From Deltaproteobacteria bacterium (GTDB lineage: Bacteria > Myxococcota_A > UBA9042 > CAIXZC01): DNA of 54,055 nucleotides. Position 1 is the stretch's first letter. Each line of letters starts with the position of its first letter. The position numbers and the translations under genes were made by a program. The stretch spans positions 1-54,055 of the forward strand of contig VGRX01000005.1 of the NCBI GenBank assembly GCA_016875215.1, read 5' to 3'. Under the pieces are notes generated by a model. The model ran no database searches. It was not told the origin of the DNA and worked only from the letters and a program-made list of their open reading frames with translations. Positions 46,863-54,055 of the stretch are shown piece by piece.

Positions 46863-47924
46863 ATGACTTCTTTGGGTACGACGGAGGAAGAAAAAGGGTC
46901 GGAAACAACCTCCGGATGGAGGGAACCCGTTCTGGTCACCCTGGGGGCATCCGGGGCGATTGCCCTCTTCTCCTGGCTCCCCCTGCTGCTGCCGTTCCTG
47001 GAACCCTATGCGTCTGCGCTCATCGCCGCTGCTTTCATCTATCTCCCCGCACTCGTGATCTGGCGGCGGGGCGGCCACCTCGGCCAGATCGGCCTGGTCC
47101 CCCCGGACAGGCTGACGCTGCGCGTCACCGGGGTCGTGCTGGTCATCGTGTTCCCGCTCTTCTGCGCGGGGTTCTTCGCATACCATCACCTGTTCTTCGA
47201 GCGCACCCCCTGCGCCACCGTCCAGCGGCTCCCGGCATGGCCCGAAGCGCTCTATCCCTCCCCGTACTCCGGTCTCCGCACGGGACTCGTCCTGGCAAAG
47301 GACGACAGCGAGGACCTGATCCTGCGCCAGAATCTTCCCGGCGAAGTCACCGTCTCGGCCCGCTTCGAGCCTGCCGACATGCTCGTCTGGCACGAGACCG
47401 GCACCGGCCGGAGCCGCCCGCTCGAAGGGGGGGCCCTGGTCGAGCGGATGGAACCGGGGGACGCGCTCCGTTTCCGTGTCCGCTCCGGCCAGGGGAAGGT
47501 CGAGATCGTCTCGGCCGGCAAGGTGCAGACCCTGTGGTACGGCAACCGGGAGGAACGGGACCTGCCCGTGAGCGAGACCTGCGACCTGACCTGGCTGTGG
47601 AGCTTCCTGCTCATCCAGGTGCTCCTCGTAGCATTGCCCGAGGAGCTCTTCTACCGGGGATACCTCCAGACCCGGCTCCGGCAGCTCCTGGGCCGCCGCT
47701 TCGTCCTGTTCGGCGGCGACGTCGGCCCCGCGGTCCTGATCTCGTCCGCGGTCTTTGCCGTTGGGCACGTGCTCTCCATCCCGTCGCCGACCCGCCTGGC
47801 CGTCTTCTTCCCGTCGCTGCTGTTCGGGTGGCTGCGGGACCGGACCGGCGGGCTGACCGCTCCGATCGCCGTGCACGTGCTGTCGAACCTCCTGCTGGCG
47901 GTGCTCACCCGGTTCCTCTGCTGA
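46863..47924 (+). CDS. CPBP (CAAX/Abi) intramembrane glutamic protease, myxosortase-like
   Basis: QVLLVALPEELFYRGYLQ, FAVGH, RLAVFFPSLLFGWLR.RTG, HVLSN. Confidence 0.88.
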   Translation: MTSLGTTEEEKGSETTSGWREPVLVTLGASGAIALFSWLPLLLPFLEPYASALIAAAFIYLPALVIWRRGGHLGQIGLVPPDRLTLRVTGVVLVIVFPLFCAGFFAYHHLFFERTPCATVQRLPAWPEALYPSPYSGLRTGLVLAKDDSEDLILRQNLPGEVTVSARFEPADMLVWHETGTGRSRPLEGGALVERMEPGDALRFRVRSGQGKVEIVSAGKVQTLWYGNREERDLPVSETCDLTWLWSFLLIQVLLVALPEELFYRGYLQTRLRQLLGRRFVLFGGDVGPAVLISSAVFAVGHVLSIPSPTRLAVFFPSLLFGWLRDRTGGLTAPIAVHVLSNLLLAVLTRFLC

Positions 47925-47948
47925 TCCCCTGTCCGGCACAATGGTCGT

Positions 47949-48254
47949 CTACTCGAACCAGAGCCACCACTCCAGGTTGGGCGGTGTGCGCACGGCCTGC
48001 GTGGCATCCCGCACCGTCGCTCCCAGCAGGAACCCGGCGTCGTGATCCACGAAGACCGTCACGATTCCCAGCGGCTCCAGGGATGCCTCGATCGCCGCGG
48101 CGAACAGGCATTTCCCATCCGAAACGAGCCCGATCTCGCCGTCTGCGGCGTCCAAGAGGACCCGATCCGTCCCCCCGTCCGGCTCCGGAGCCGCCTCGGG
48201 CAACGCCGCCTCGGGCAACGCCGCGTCGGGAAGCCGCCCGTCGGCCGGTGACAA
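47949..48254 (-). CDS. Hypothetical protein
   Basis: 101-aa ORF filling the gap, with a 15-bp LP(D/E)AA repeat; no recognised motif. Confidence 0.35.
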   Translation of the reverse strand: MSPADGRLPDAALPEAALPEAAPEPDGGTDRVLLDAADGEIGLVSDGKCLFAAAIEASLEPLGIVTVFVDHDAGFLLGATVRDATQAVRTPPNLEWWLWFE

Positions 48255-48286
48255 TGACCGAACCCCTCCGCCCGCGAAAAAACTAG

Positions 48287-48315
48287 TTGACAGCCCCAGG
48301 GGTTCTCACCATAAT
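48287..48315 (+). promoter_or_regulatory. Sigma70 promoter of rpsU
   Basis: TTGACA-N17-CATAAT with an A-tract just upstream. Confidence 0.75.
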
Positions 48316-48351
48316 GCGTCGGCTGCATTGCTGAAAGGAAGGTGATCGCGG

Positions 48352-48591
48352 ATGAAGTTGAGAGAAGGACATGAGCACCGCCCCATCGAGGTTCACGTCG
48401 ACAGCGAGAACGTGGATCGAGCCCTCCGTGCCCTGAAGCGCAAGATGGCCAACGAGGGGGTCTACAAGGAGCTCAAGAAGCGGAAGTTCTACCTCAAGCC
48501 GTGTGAGCAGAAGAAGCGCAAGCAGCGCGAAGCCGAACGGCGCCGCCGCAAGGCGATGCGCAGCCGTGGCCGCAAAGGCCCCGGCCGCTAG
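48352..48591 (+). CDS. rpsU: 30S ribosomal protein bS21
   Basis: IEVHV..ENVDRALRALKRKMANEGVYKELKKRKFYLKP..KKRKQREA.RR. Confidence 0.93.
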   Translation: MKLREGHEHRPIEVHVDSENVDRALRALKRKMANEGVYKELKKRKFYLKPCEQKKRKQREAERRRRKAMRSRGRKGPGR

Positions 48592-48670
48592 TTTCATCAC
48601 GCCGCAGGCGCACCGCACCCACAGCTCTGCCAAGATACCACAGTCAGTGAGCTCCGCGACGAGAGGCGGG

Positions 48671-48800
48671 ATAGGACTTATAGGACCTATAGGACTTATA
48701 GGACTTATAGGACTTATGGGACTTTAGGTCCTATTCGTCCTATTGGGGCGGCGGCGTCCTATTCGACCTATTCGTCCTATTCGTCCTATGTGTCCTATTG
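48671..48800. repeat. Facing arrays of 9-bp tandem repeats (ATAGGACTT x6, then GTCCTATTC-like x7)
   Basis: Direct reading; the core ATAGGAC is inverted as GTCCTAT in the second array. Confidence 0.9.
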
Positions 48801-48843
48801 CAGTTCCCCCGCCGCCGCCCCCGCCGCCCCCGCCGCCGCCCCT

Positions 48844-50463
48844 TCACCCGATCAGCTTCTTCAGCCGTGCGGCAGCGCCGGCCCCGGCCCGGCGGGCCAG
48901 GAGTCGTTTGTGCATCCCCCCGCGGGTCTCGGCATCGCAGAACCGCAGCATGGCCGAGATGCACGGGTGGCCGTCGTGGTGCCACATCATGGTCGGCGTT
49001 CCCATGTTGCCGGGCGGGCAGATCCGGCACACGCCAAGGTCGGCCAGTGCACGCTCCAGCACAGGGCGACGATCGTCAGGCGCCGCCACCGCGGCGTTCT
49101 GCAGCAGGTCACCCAGCGGCGCCACATGCTCCAGCGCCCGGAGCAGGTCCGGTACCGGGACCACGCGGACGAAGCGACCCAGCGGAGACGGCCGGAAGAC
49201 CTCGCACTCCTGCACGGCGACGATGCCCCGTTCGATCGAGCCTGCGAAGAAGACCCGGGAGCGGCCGTCCAGCGCCAGCATGTCCAGCTCCTGGCGGACG
49301 GACAGTCGTTGCGCCAGCGTCCGCGTCCCGGGCGGCAGGTCGTCGGCCAGCCGCTCCATGCGCCCCGCAATCCGCTCAGCCAGCCCGCACGCCTGGTCGA
49401 ACGTCCCCTCGACGAAGATGACGTGCGGAGCCAGGCAGGCCTCCTGATCGAACAGCACCGCGTCGTAGGCGAGGGCCAGCGGCAGCTCGAGCGAGCCGAC
49501 TCCGACCAGGCCGAGCGCCTCCCGCCCCGCGTCGAGGATCTGTTCCAGGCCGGCCCCGGCCGGCCGGCCCCCGGGAGCTGACAGGTAGCGTCCCACGGCC
49601 GAGCGGAGTCCCGTGCCGGTCGCCCCCGGCATGCGGTCGGGCGAACCTCCGGATCCAGGGGAACGGTACCCGCCTCCCTCCAGTGCCTTCCTCAGCTCAC
49701 TGCCGGCCACCAGGGCGAAGCCGAGGCGGTGCCCGTGCAACAGCGCCCGCAGCCTGGCGGGCTTCTTCGCCCGGAGCGCCTCCATGGCCTCCCGTCCCCC
49801 GTACGCGATCAGGAAGTCGACGCTGGCCAGAAAGGCCTGAAGCGCCTCCTCGTCCTCCCGGCCGAAGCTGACGACCGCCACGCAGCGGGCCACTTCGGGG
49901 TCGATCTCGTGGAGGGTCTGGACGTACGCAGGCAGGAAGTCGGGCTCCGAGACCGACGTCTTCACGATGCACGGGGCCTTGACGATGAGACTGCGCATCA
50001 CGGTGAGGTGGGGAAGCGCGGGGATGTTCGATGACACGATCCCCCCCACCAGCTTCGGTCCGACTGCGATCGTCATGCCGTCCGAGTGCGGGTTGTAGGC
50101 AAACCCGTCGAGGTAGTCCGGATTGCCGATCTCGTTTCGGATTGCGGCCATGAGGTCAGGTGCGAGCGAGCTCTCCATTTCGTGGACCGTGGCCCGCTCC
50201 ACCATCGGCATGGACATGCCGGTGGACCGGGCGATCCGTTCGAGGGTGTGCCGGATGCCCGGGTTCCGGATGTCCATCCACGCCAGGCTGGCCTCGTGGA
50301 GCACCTGGACGATCCGGTCGAGCGGAATGGCCGCCAGGGCCGGCTTGCGTCCGGCAAGCACCCCGGCCAGGCGTGAGATCGTCGCGCCATCCGGGCTCTG
50401 CCGTCGACTGCCCACGGTGCCCGGAGGAAGGTCGGGGGGGTACCAGCAGAGGCTCGATGTCAT
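48844..50463 (-). CDS. LuxC-like acyl-CoA/acyl-protein reductase
   Basis: SSNIP, SLIVKA..IVKTS.SEP, IAYGG.EA, HGHRLGFA, catalytic DAVLFDQEACLAP, RIC.PG.M....WHHDG. Confidence 0.88.
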   Translation of the reverse strand: MTSSLCWYPPDLPPGTVGSRRQSPDGATISRLAGVLAGRKPALAAIPLDRIVQVLHEASLAWMDIRNPGIRHTLERIARSTGMSMPMVERATVHEMESSLAPDLMAAIRNEIGNPDYLDGFAYNPHSDGMTIAVGPKLVGGIVSSNIPALPHLTVMRSLIVKAPCIVKTSVSEPDFLPAYVQTLHEIDPEVARCVAVVSFGREDEEALQAFLASVDFLIAYGGREAMEALRAKKPARLRALLHGHRLGFALVAGSELRKALEGGGYRSPGSGGSPDRMPGATGTGLRSAVGRYLSAPGGRPAGAGLEQILDAGREALGLVGVGSLELPLALAYDAVLFDQEACLAPHVIFVEGTFDQACGLAERIAGRMERLADDLPPGTRTLAQRLSVRQELDMLALDGRSRVFFAGSIERGIVAVQECEVFRPSPLGRFVRVVPVPDLLRALEHVAPLGDLLQNAAVAAPDDRRPVLERALADLGVCRICPPGNMGTPTMMWHHDGHPCISAMLRFCDAETRGGMHKRLLARRAGAGAAARLKKLIG

Positions 50464-51629
50464 GGCCGGCTCCGGGTCAGCTCGTCGATGGTCAGCGAAC
50501 AGCCGCGGGAGTCATCCGACGACAGCCTCCCGAGCACCTCGAATCCGTCCGGCCGGCACACGCCGAGATCGTCGGTCAGAACCGCCATGGGAGTGTCCAG
50601 ATTCGCCAGGTCGAGGTGAAGCAGCACCCCGTCGCTGCCCGCCGGGACGTCCTCCAGCGTGAGCGGATCCACGGCCCGAGTCCTTGTCCACGGCGGGTTC
50701 TGCTTGAGCCCGCAAGGGACCCGTCCCGCCACGGTCGCCTCCACGCCGTCGTCGTAGAACTGCGATGCCAGCTCTGTCATGCCGAGCAGGTTCACCGCAT
50801 GCCCGTCAGCGATTCCGAACGTCTCGGAAATCCAGGTGCGAAGCTCGGCCCGGGTGAGCACCCGGGACTTGCCCTTGAACCCGCCCGCATCCATGGTGCG
50901 GGAACCCGGGGGAAGGGCAAACGCGATCCCCTTGCTTCGGAACCCCTCGATGAGATTCACGAATCCAAAGGACGCACCGATCAGGGTCACCGGGGTCGTG
51001 CCTTTCGAGAACCGGCCGAGGAGGTCGACGAGCAACGGAACATCGAGCCCGCTCCTCCCGATCAGGAACCGGCTCTCCGGGGTACCGAAGTGCCGGATCA
51101 GCCGGTCCATTCCCCAGGCCATGATCATCTGCGGCGCCAGCTCCGGAGACGGCGCCAGCACCAGGATGTGGCTCCGGTCGATATCCGGGAACAGCATGCG
51201 GCGGGCGTTGACCACGATTCCGGCCTCCATCAGCTCGAGCCCCGGGGTCGAGAAGTGGGAGCGCCCCCGGTTCGTCTCGCCCCCCGTGGTCCCGCTGGTG
51301 GCGAACACGGCAGCGACGGCATCATCGCTGCCGGCGAAGAACGCTGTCGTGCGGAACAGCGATGTCGAGACCGCGGGGATCGCCCGCCAGCCCCGCACCG
51401 TCTCGGGCATCCCGCCCCGGGCATTGCACAGCGCCCGGTACGCGGGCATGGCCTCGTACTGGTGGGCGAACAGGCGCAGCGCAAGCCCATCGAACTGCTT
51501 CTCGTCCAGGTATCCCTCCGGGGCCTCGATGGCCTCGCCCAGGATGCCTGCGAGCCCGGCCGGGCGGACCCTTCCTCCGGTCGGCTTTCCCGGCCGCCCT
51601 TCCGTCCGACTGCCTTTCGTGCGGCTCAT
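50460..51629 (-). CDS. LuxE-like acyl-protein synthetase
   Basis: FATSGTTG, MDAGGFKG, GMTELASQFY, PPWTR, DLANLD...LTDDLG, FEVLGR...RGCS (acyl-accepting Cys). Confidence 0.9.
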   Translation of the reverse strand: MSRTKGSRTEGRPGKPTGGRVRPAGLAGILGEAIEAPEGYLDEKQFDGLALRLFAHQYEAMPAYRALCNARGGMPETVRGWRAIPAVSTSLFRTTAFFAGSDDAVAAVFATSGTTGGETNRGRSHFSTPGLELMEAGIVVNARRMLFPDIDRSHILVLAPSPELAPQMIMAWGMDRLIRHFGTPESRFLIGRSGLDVPLLVDLLGRFSKGTTPVTLIGASFGFVNLIEGFRSKGIAFALPPGSRTMDAGGFKGKSRVLTRAELRTWISETFGIADGHAVNLLGMTELASQFYDDGVEATVAGRVPCGLKQNPPWTRTRAVDPLTLEDVPAGSDGVLLHLDLANLDTPMAVLTDDLGVCRPDGFEVLGRLSSDDSRGCSLTIDELTRSRP

Positions 51630-51687
51630 CCTTCTCCCCTCTTGCCGAACCGTTCCGACCCGCCCGGTGGTCCGCGGTCGGCGTGGC

Positions 51688-52935
51688 TCATCTCTCTCCA
51701 CCCGTCTTCCTGCTCTCGACGGGAGGGCGCACCGTCAGTGACCGGTCCCGGATTCCCTGGTAGATCAGGGCGAGGACCTGGTCCTGAGGCAGCCCGCTCT
51801 TCGATGCGATCTCGTCCAGGGTGAGCCCGGACAGCCCCGCCAGCGCGTGGCCGGCAGGGGGCTTCTGGAGCCACTCGAGGCGGAACCCGCCGTCGACCCG
51901 CGGCAGCTCCGTGTCCAGGAATCGCTCCGGAGTCTCGTTCACACGGTAGGCAAACAGCGACGGCTGCGTGCCGAACAGGGCCTCGTACGCGAATGCATAG
52001 GCACCGAAGCCGGCCGCGATCCCGTCGGCCATGGCCGCTGTCACGCTGGCGTACCGGCAGGTGACGTCGCCGGCGAAGAAGAGCCCCGGCACGTTCGAGC
52101 GCAGGAGCGAGTCCACCTTCGGGACGCCGGGGCGGGCCGTGTCAAACGGGAACCGGAGCTGCGGCATCGCAGGCTGGGCCTGGTAGGAGATGTAGTCGAG
52201 GAGCAGTGCCCCGACACGGCGTTCGACCGTGCCACCGGGAAGTGCGAGGGCCAGCACGAAGCCGTCGGAGTCATGGCGCACGATCCGCCACGAGTCGCAT
52301 CCCACGACCGTGCCGGGCATGTTTTCGAGCCCCTCCACGTCATCCGGCGGGACGAGGTACAGGAAGTTCCGCCGGTGCAGGTCGAACGCACGCCGAAGCC
52401 GCAGCACGTGCCGGTTCGTCACGATCGCGACGGTGCGGTCACCCGCCTTGGCCAACGCCCGCTCGATGATGCGGGGCAGCATGCTGATACCCATGTACGT
52501 CAGGTAGACCCCGTCCTCGAACCAGTCCAGCTCGCCGGCCAGCCGCCGCGACCCGGTGGCCACCACCACCGAAGCGGCCGTCACCGATGAGCCGTCATGA
52601 AGCCCCAGCACGAAAGCCCCGTCCTCGGTACGGTCCACCGTGCGGACCCACCGCGGGACCACCGGGATCTCCAGGCGCTCGACATCGGCGATGAGCTGCG
52701 CCAGCAGGGACGAGGTGTCCACCCTGTGCGACGGCCCGGATACCATCCGCCGCTCGCCGGCCCGAAGCAGCCCGCCGAGCGGGCCCGGCTCGAGCAGAGC
52801 GACGGAAAGAGGGAGCGCCTCGTGAGATCGGACGAAGCGGACACGGATCGCGGCGGCAAGCCCCGCAGGTCCGCCGCCGATGATCGCTACGTCGCACCTG
52901 TGCTGCAAGGGATGGGCCGGGCCCTCCATCGTCAC
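51688..52935 (-). CDS. FAD-dependent oxidoreductase, TrxB-like fold without CxxC (start GTG 52935 or ATG 52929)
   Basis: DVAIIGGGPAGLAAA, VVATGS, PGLFFAGDV, AMADGIAAG. Confidence 0.85.
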   Translation of the reverse strand: MTMEGPAHPLQHRCDVAIIGGGPAGLAAAIRVRFVRSHEALPLSVALLEPGPLGGLLRAGERRMVSGPSHRVDTSSLLAQLIADVERLEIPVVPRWVRTVDRTEDGAFVLGLHDGSSVTAASVVVATGSRRLAGELDWFEDGVYLTYMGISMLPRIIERALAKAGDRTVAIVTNRHVLRLRRAFDLHRRNFLYLVPPDDVEGLENMPGTVVGCDSWRIVRHDSDGFVLALALPGGTVERRVGALLLDYISYQAQPAMPQLRFPFDTARPGVPKVDSLLRSNVPGLFFAGDVTCRYASVTAAMADGIAAGFGAYAFAYEALFGTQPSLFAYRVNETPERFLDTELPRVDGGFRLEWLQKPPAGHALAGLSGLTLDEIASKSGLPQDQVLALIYQGIRDRSLTVRPPVESRKTGGER

Positions 52936-53429
52936 GACCTCCAGTGCCAGTCGCTGGCTTCGAGGAACGGCAGCAGTCCGCCGGCTTCGGCAAGGTCCAG
53001 CTCGTACGGTTCGGGCGGCCGGAGCGGGAGCTTTCCCAGCCCCTCCACGTGCAGGAGGCCGAGCGCCGGGTCGACGACGGCCGAACGTCCGCCCACCTCG
53101 GGGGGCAGCACCCCATCGAGGACCAGCGCCGGGATCCCAAGTGCCCACGCAGACCGGCGGAAGATGTGCGCAAAGGAGCGGGCAAGAAGTGCGGCCACCC
53201 CCGCCTGCCGCAGCGCCCGCATCGTCGATTCGCGGCTCGACCCGCAGCCGAAGTTGATCCCTCCCGCGACCAGGTAGGGCGGCGGCCCCAAGGCCCCCGC
53301 CTCCAGGCCAAGGCCGGCAAACGCCCCCTTCACCGATTCCTCGACCCGCGTCGAGTAGAACGCCGGCGGATGGATGAGGTCGGTGTTCACGTGGTCCCCG
53401 AGCAGCAGCAGCGTCCCCGTGAGCTTCAT
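52932..53429 (-). CDS. LeuD/HacB-like aconitase-family dehydratase small subunit
   Basis: GDHVNTDLIHP, GGINFGCGSSRE, ARSFAHIFRR, AGGLL; ATGA-coupled to the large subunit. Confidence 0.9.
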   Translation of the reverse strand: MKLTGTLLLLGDHVNTDLIHPPAFYSTRVEESVKGAFAGLGLEAGALGPPPYLVAGGINFGCGSSRESTMRALRQAGVAALLARSFAHIFRRSAWALGIPALVLDGVLPPEVGGRSAVVDPALGLLHVEGLGKLPLRPPEPYELDLAEAGGLLPFLEASDWHWRS

Positions 53430-54055
53430 GGCAGCACCTCGACCGGCGAGACGATCCTGCCCGCCACCGCACTGGCCGCGGCCGTTGCTGCCGACGCCAG
53501 GTAGACCTGGCTGCCGATCCGGGCACGGCTCCCGTAGTTCCTCGGCCCGGTCGAGAGCGTCACTTCCCCTTCGGCCGGTATCCCCTTGTCGATGCCGCCG
53601 CAGAAGCCGCACGACGGGTTGAGCAGCACCGCCCCGGCCTCGACCAGAGCGGCCGCAGTCCCGTTTCGGATCGCGGCCTGGAGGACCGAGCGGGTGGCCG
53701 GCGTCACGAACAGCGACACGCCGTCGGCCACGTGTCTTCCGGCAAGCACCCTGGCTGCGCTCTCCAGATCCGACAGCCCGCCGCAGGTGCACGAGCCGAT
53801 GTGCGCGGCATCGATCCTGACTTCCCCCAGGGTTGCCGCATCCACGACCCGGTCGGGCGCCCCCGGAAGCGCTACCACCGGTCGCAGGCCGGTGAGGGAC
53901 AGGCTCGTGCCGGGCCGGGAGCCCGATTCGTCCCCTGCCATCCTCTGTGCGAGCAACCCGGACACCGCCCCCATTTCCACGGTCATGTTGGTCAGCACCG
54001 AGGCAGCCTCGAGCGACAGGCCGTCCGGCGTGGAATCCACGAACTCCACGACCTG
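53426..54055 (-). CDS. LeuC/HacA-like aconitase-family dehydratase large subunit (C-terminal part; truncated by window edge)
   Basis: NMTVEMGA, IGSCT, PSCGFCGG (three 4Fe-4S Cys), RNY, YLASAATAAASA..G.I. Confidence 0.9.
   Translation of the reverse strand, partial: QVVEFVDSTPDGLSLEAASVLTNMTVEMGAVSGLLAQRMAGDESGSRPGTSLSLTGLRPVVALPGAPDRVVDAATLGEVRIDAAHIGSCTCGGLSDLESAARVLAGRHVADGVSLFVTPATRSVLQAAIRNGTAAALVEAGAVLLNPSCGFCGGIDKGIPAEGEVTLSTGPRNYGSRARIGSQVYLASAATAAASAVAGRIVSPVEVLP

Noticed and set aside
48844-51629. Bioluminescence (lux) operon
   Set aside because: No luxA/luxB or luxD in the window, and the operon ends after luxC; LuxC/LuxE homologs are common in non-luminous bacteria.
1-54055. tRNA, rRNA, transposase, integrase or prophage genes
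   Set aside because: None recognised by eye; a tRNAscan/Infernal/ISEScan run would be needed to exclude them formally.

Overview
High-GC bacterial window. Gene content (Cys-rich lipoproteins, PEGA/kelch proteins, myxosortase-like CPBP protease, pilin-head domains) suggests Myxococcota/deltaproteobacteria; this is inference only. Housekeeping and stress genes: alr (5'-truncated), arsR-acr3, htrA-clpB, Zn-ADH, mutY, htpG, OPT transporter plus M29 aminopeptidase, nadA, a transpeptidase PBP, an APC permease, RidA, a SPOR protein, PGI/PMI, prmC and rpsU. Many surface lipoproteins lie between them. No rRNA, tRNA, CRISPR array or transposase was seen. Best candidates for undescribed biology: (1) an unannotated ~235-nt minus-strand RNA at ~37101-37337, with a consensus sigma-54 promoter, paired upstream enhancer-like sites, G-U-supported stems with anti-Shine-Dalgarno-like loops and an intrinsic terminator; (2) a translationally coupled operon of a variant LeuC/LeuD dehydratase, a CxxC-less TrxB-like flavoprotein, LuxE and LuxC with no luxAB/luxD in view, cut by the window end; (3) two lipoproteins carrying type IV pilin head domains without a prepilin leader, one with three heads in tandem. 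Also seen: a deletion scar fusing GT2 and HepT toxin remnants, a shared RpoH-like promoter upstream of htrA-clpB and htpG, and several structured repeats. Family calls come from motif recognition by eye; no database search was run.
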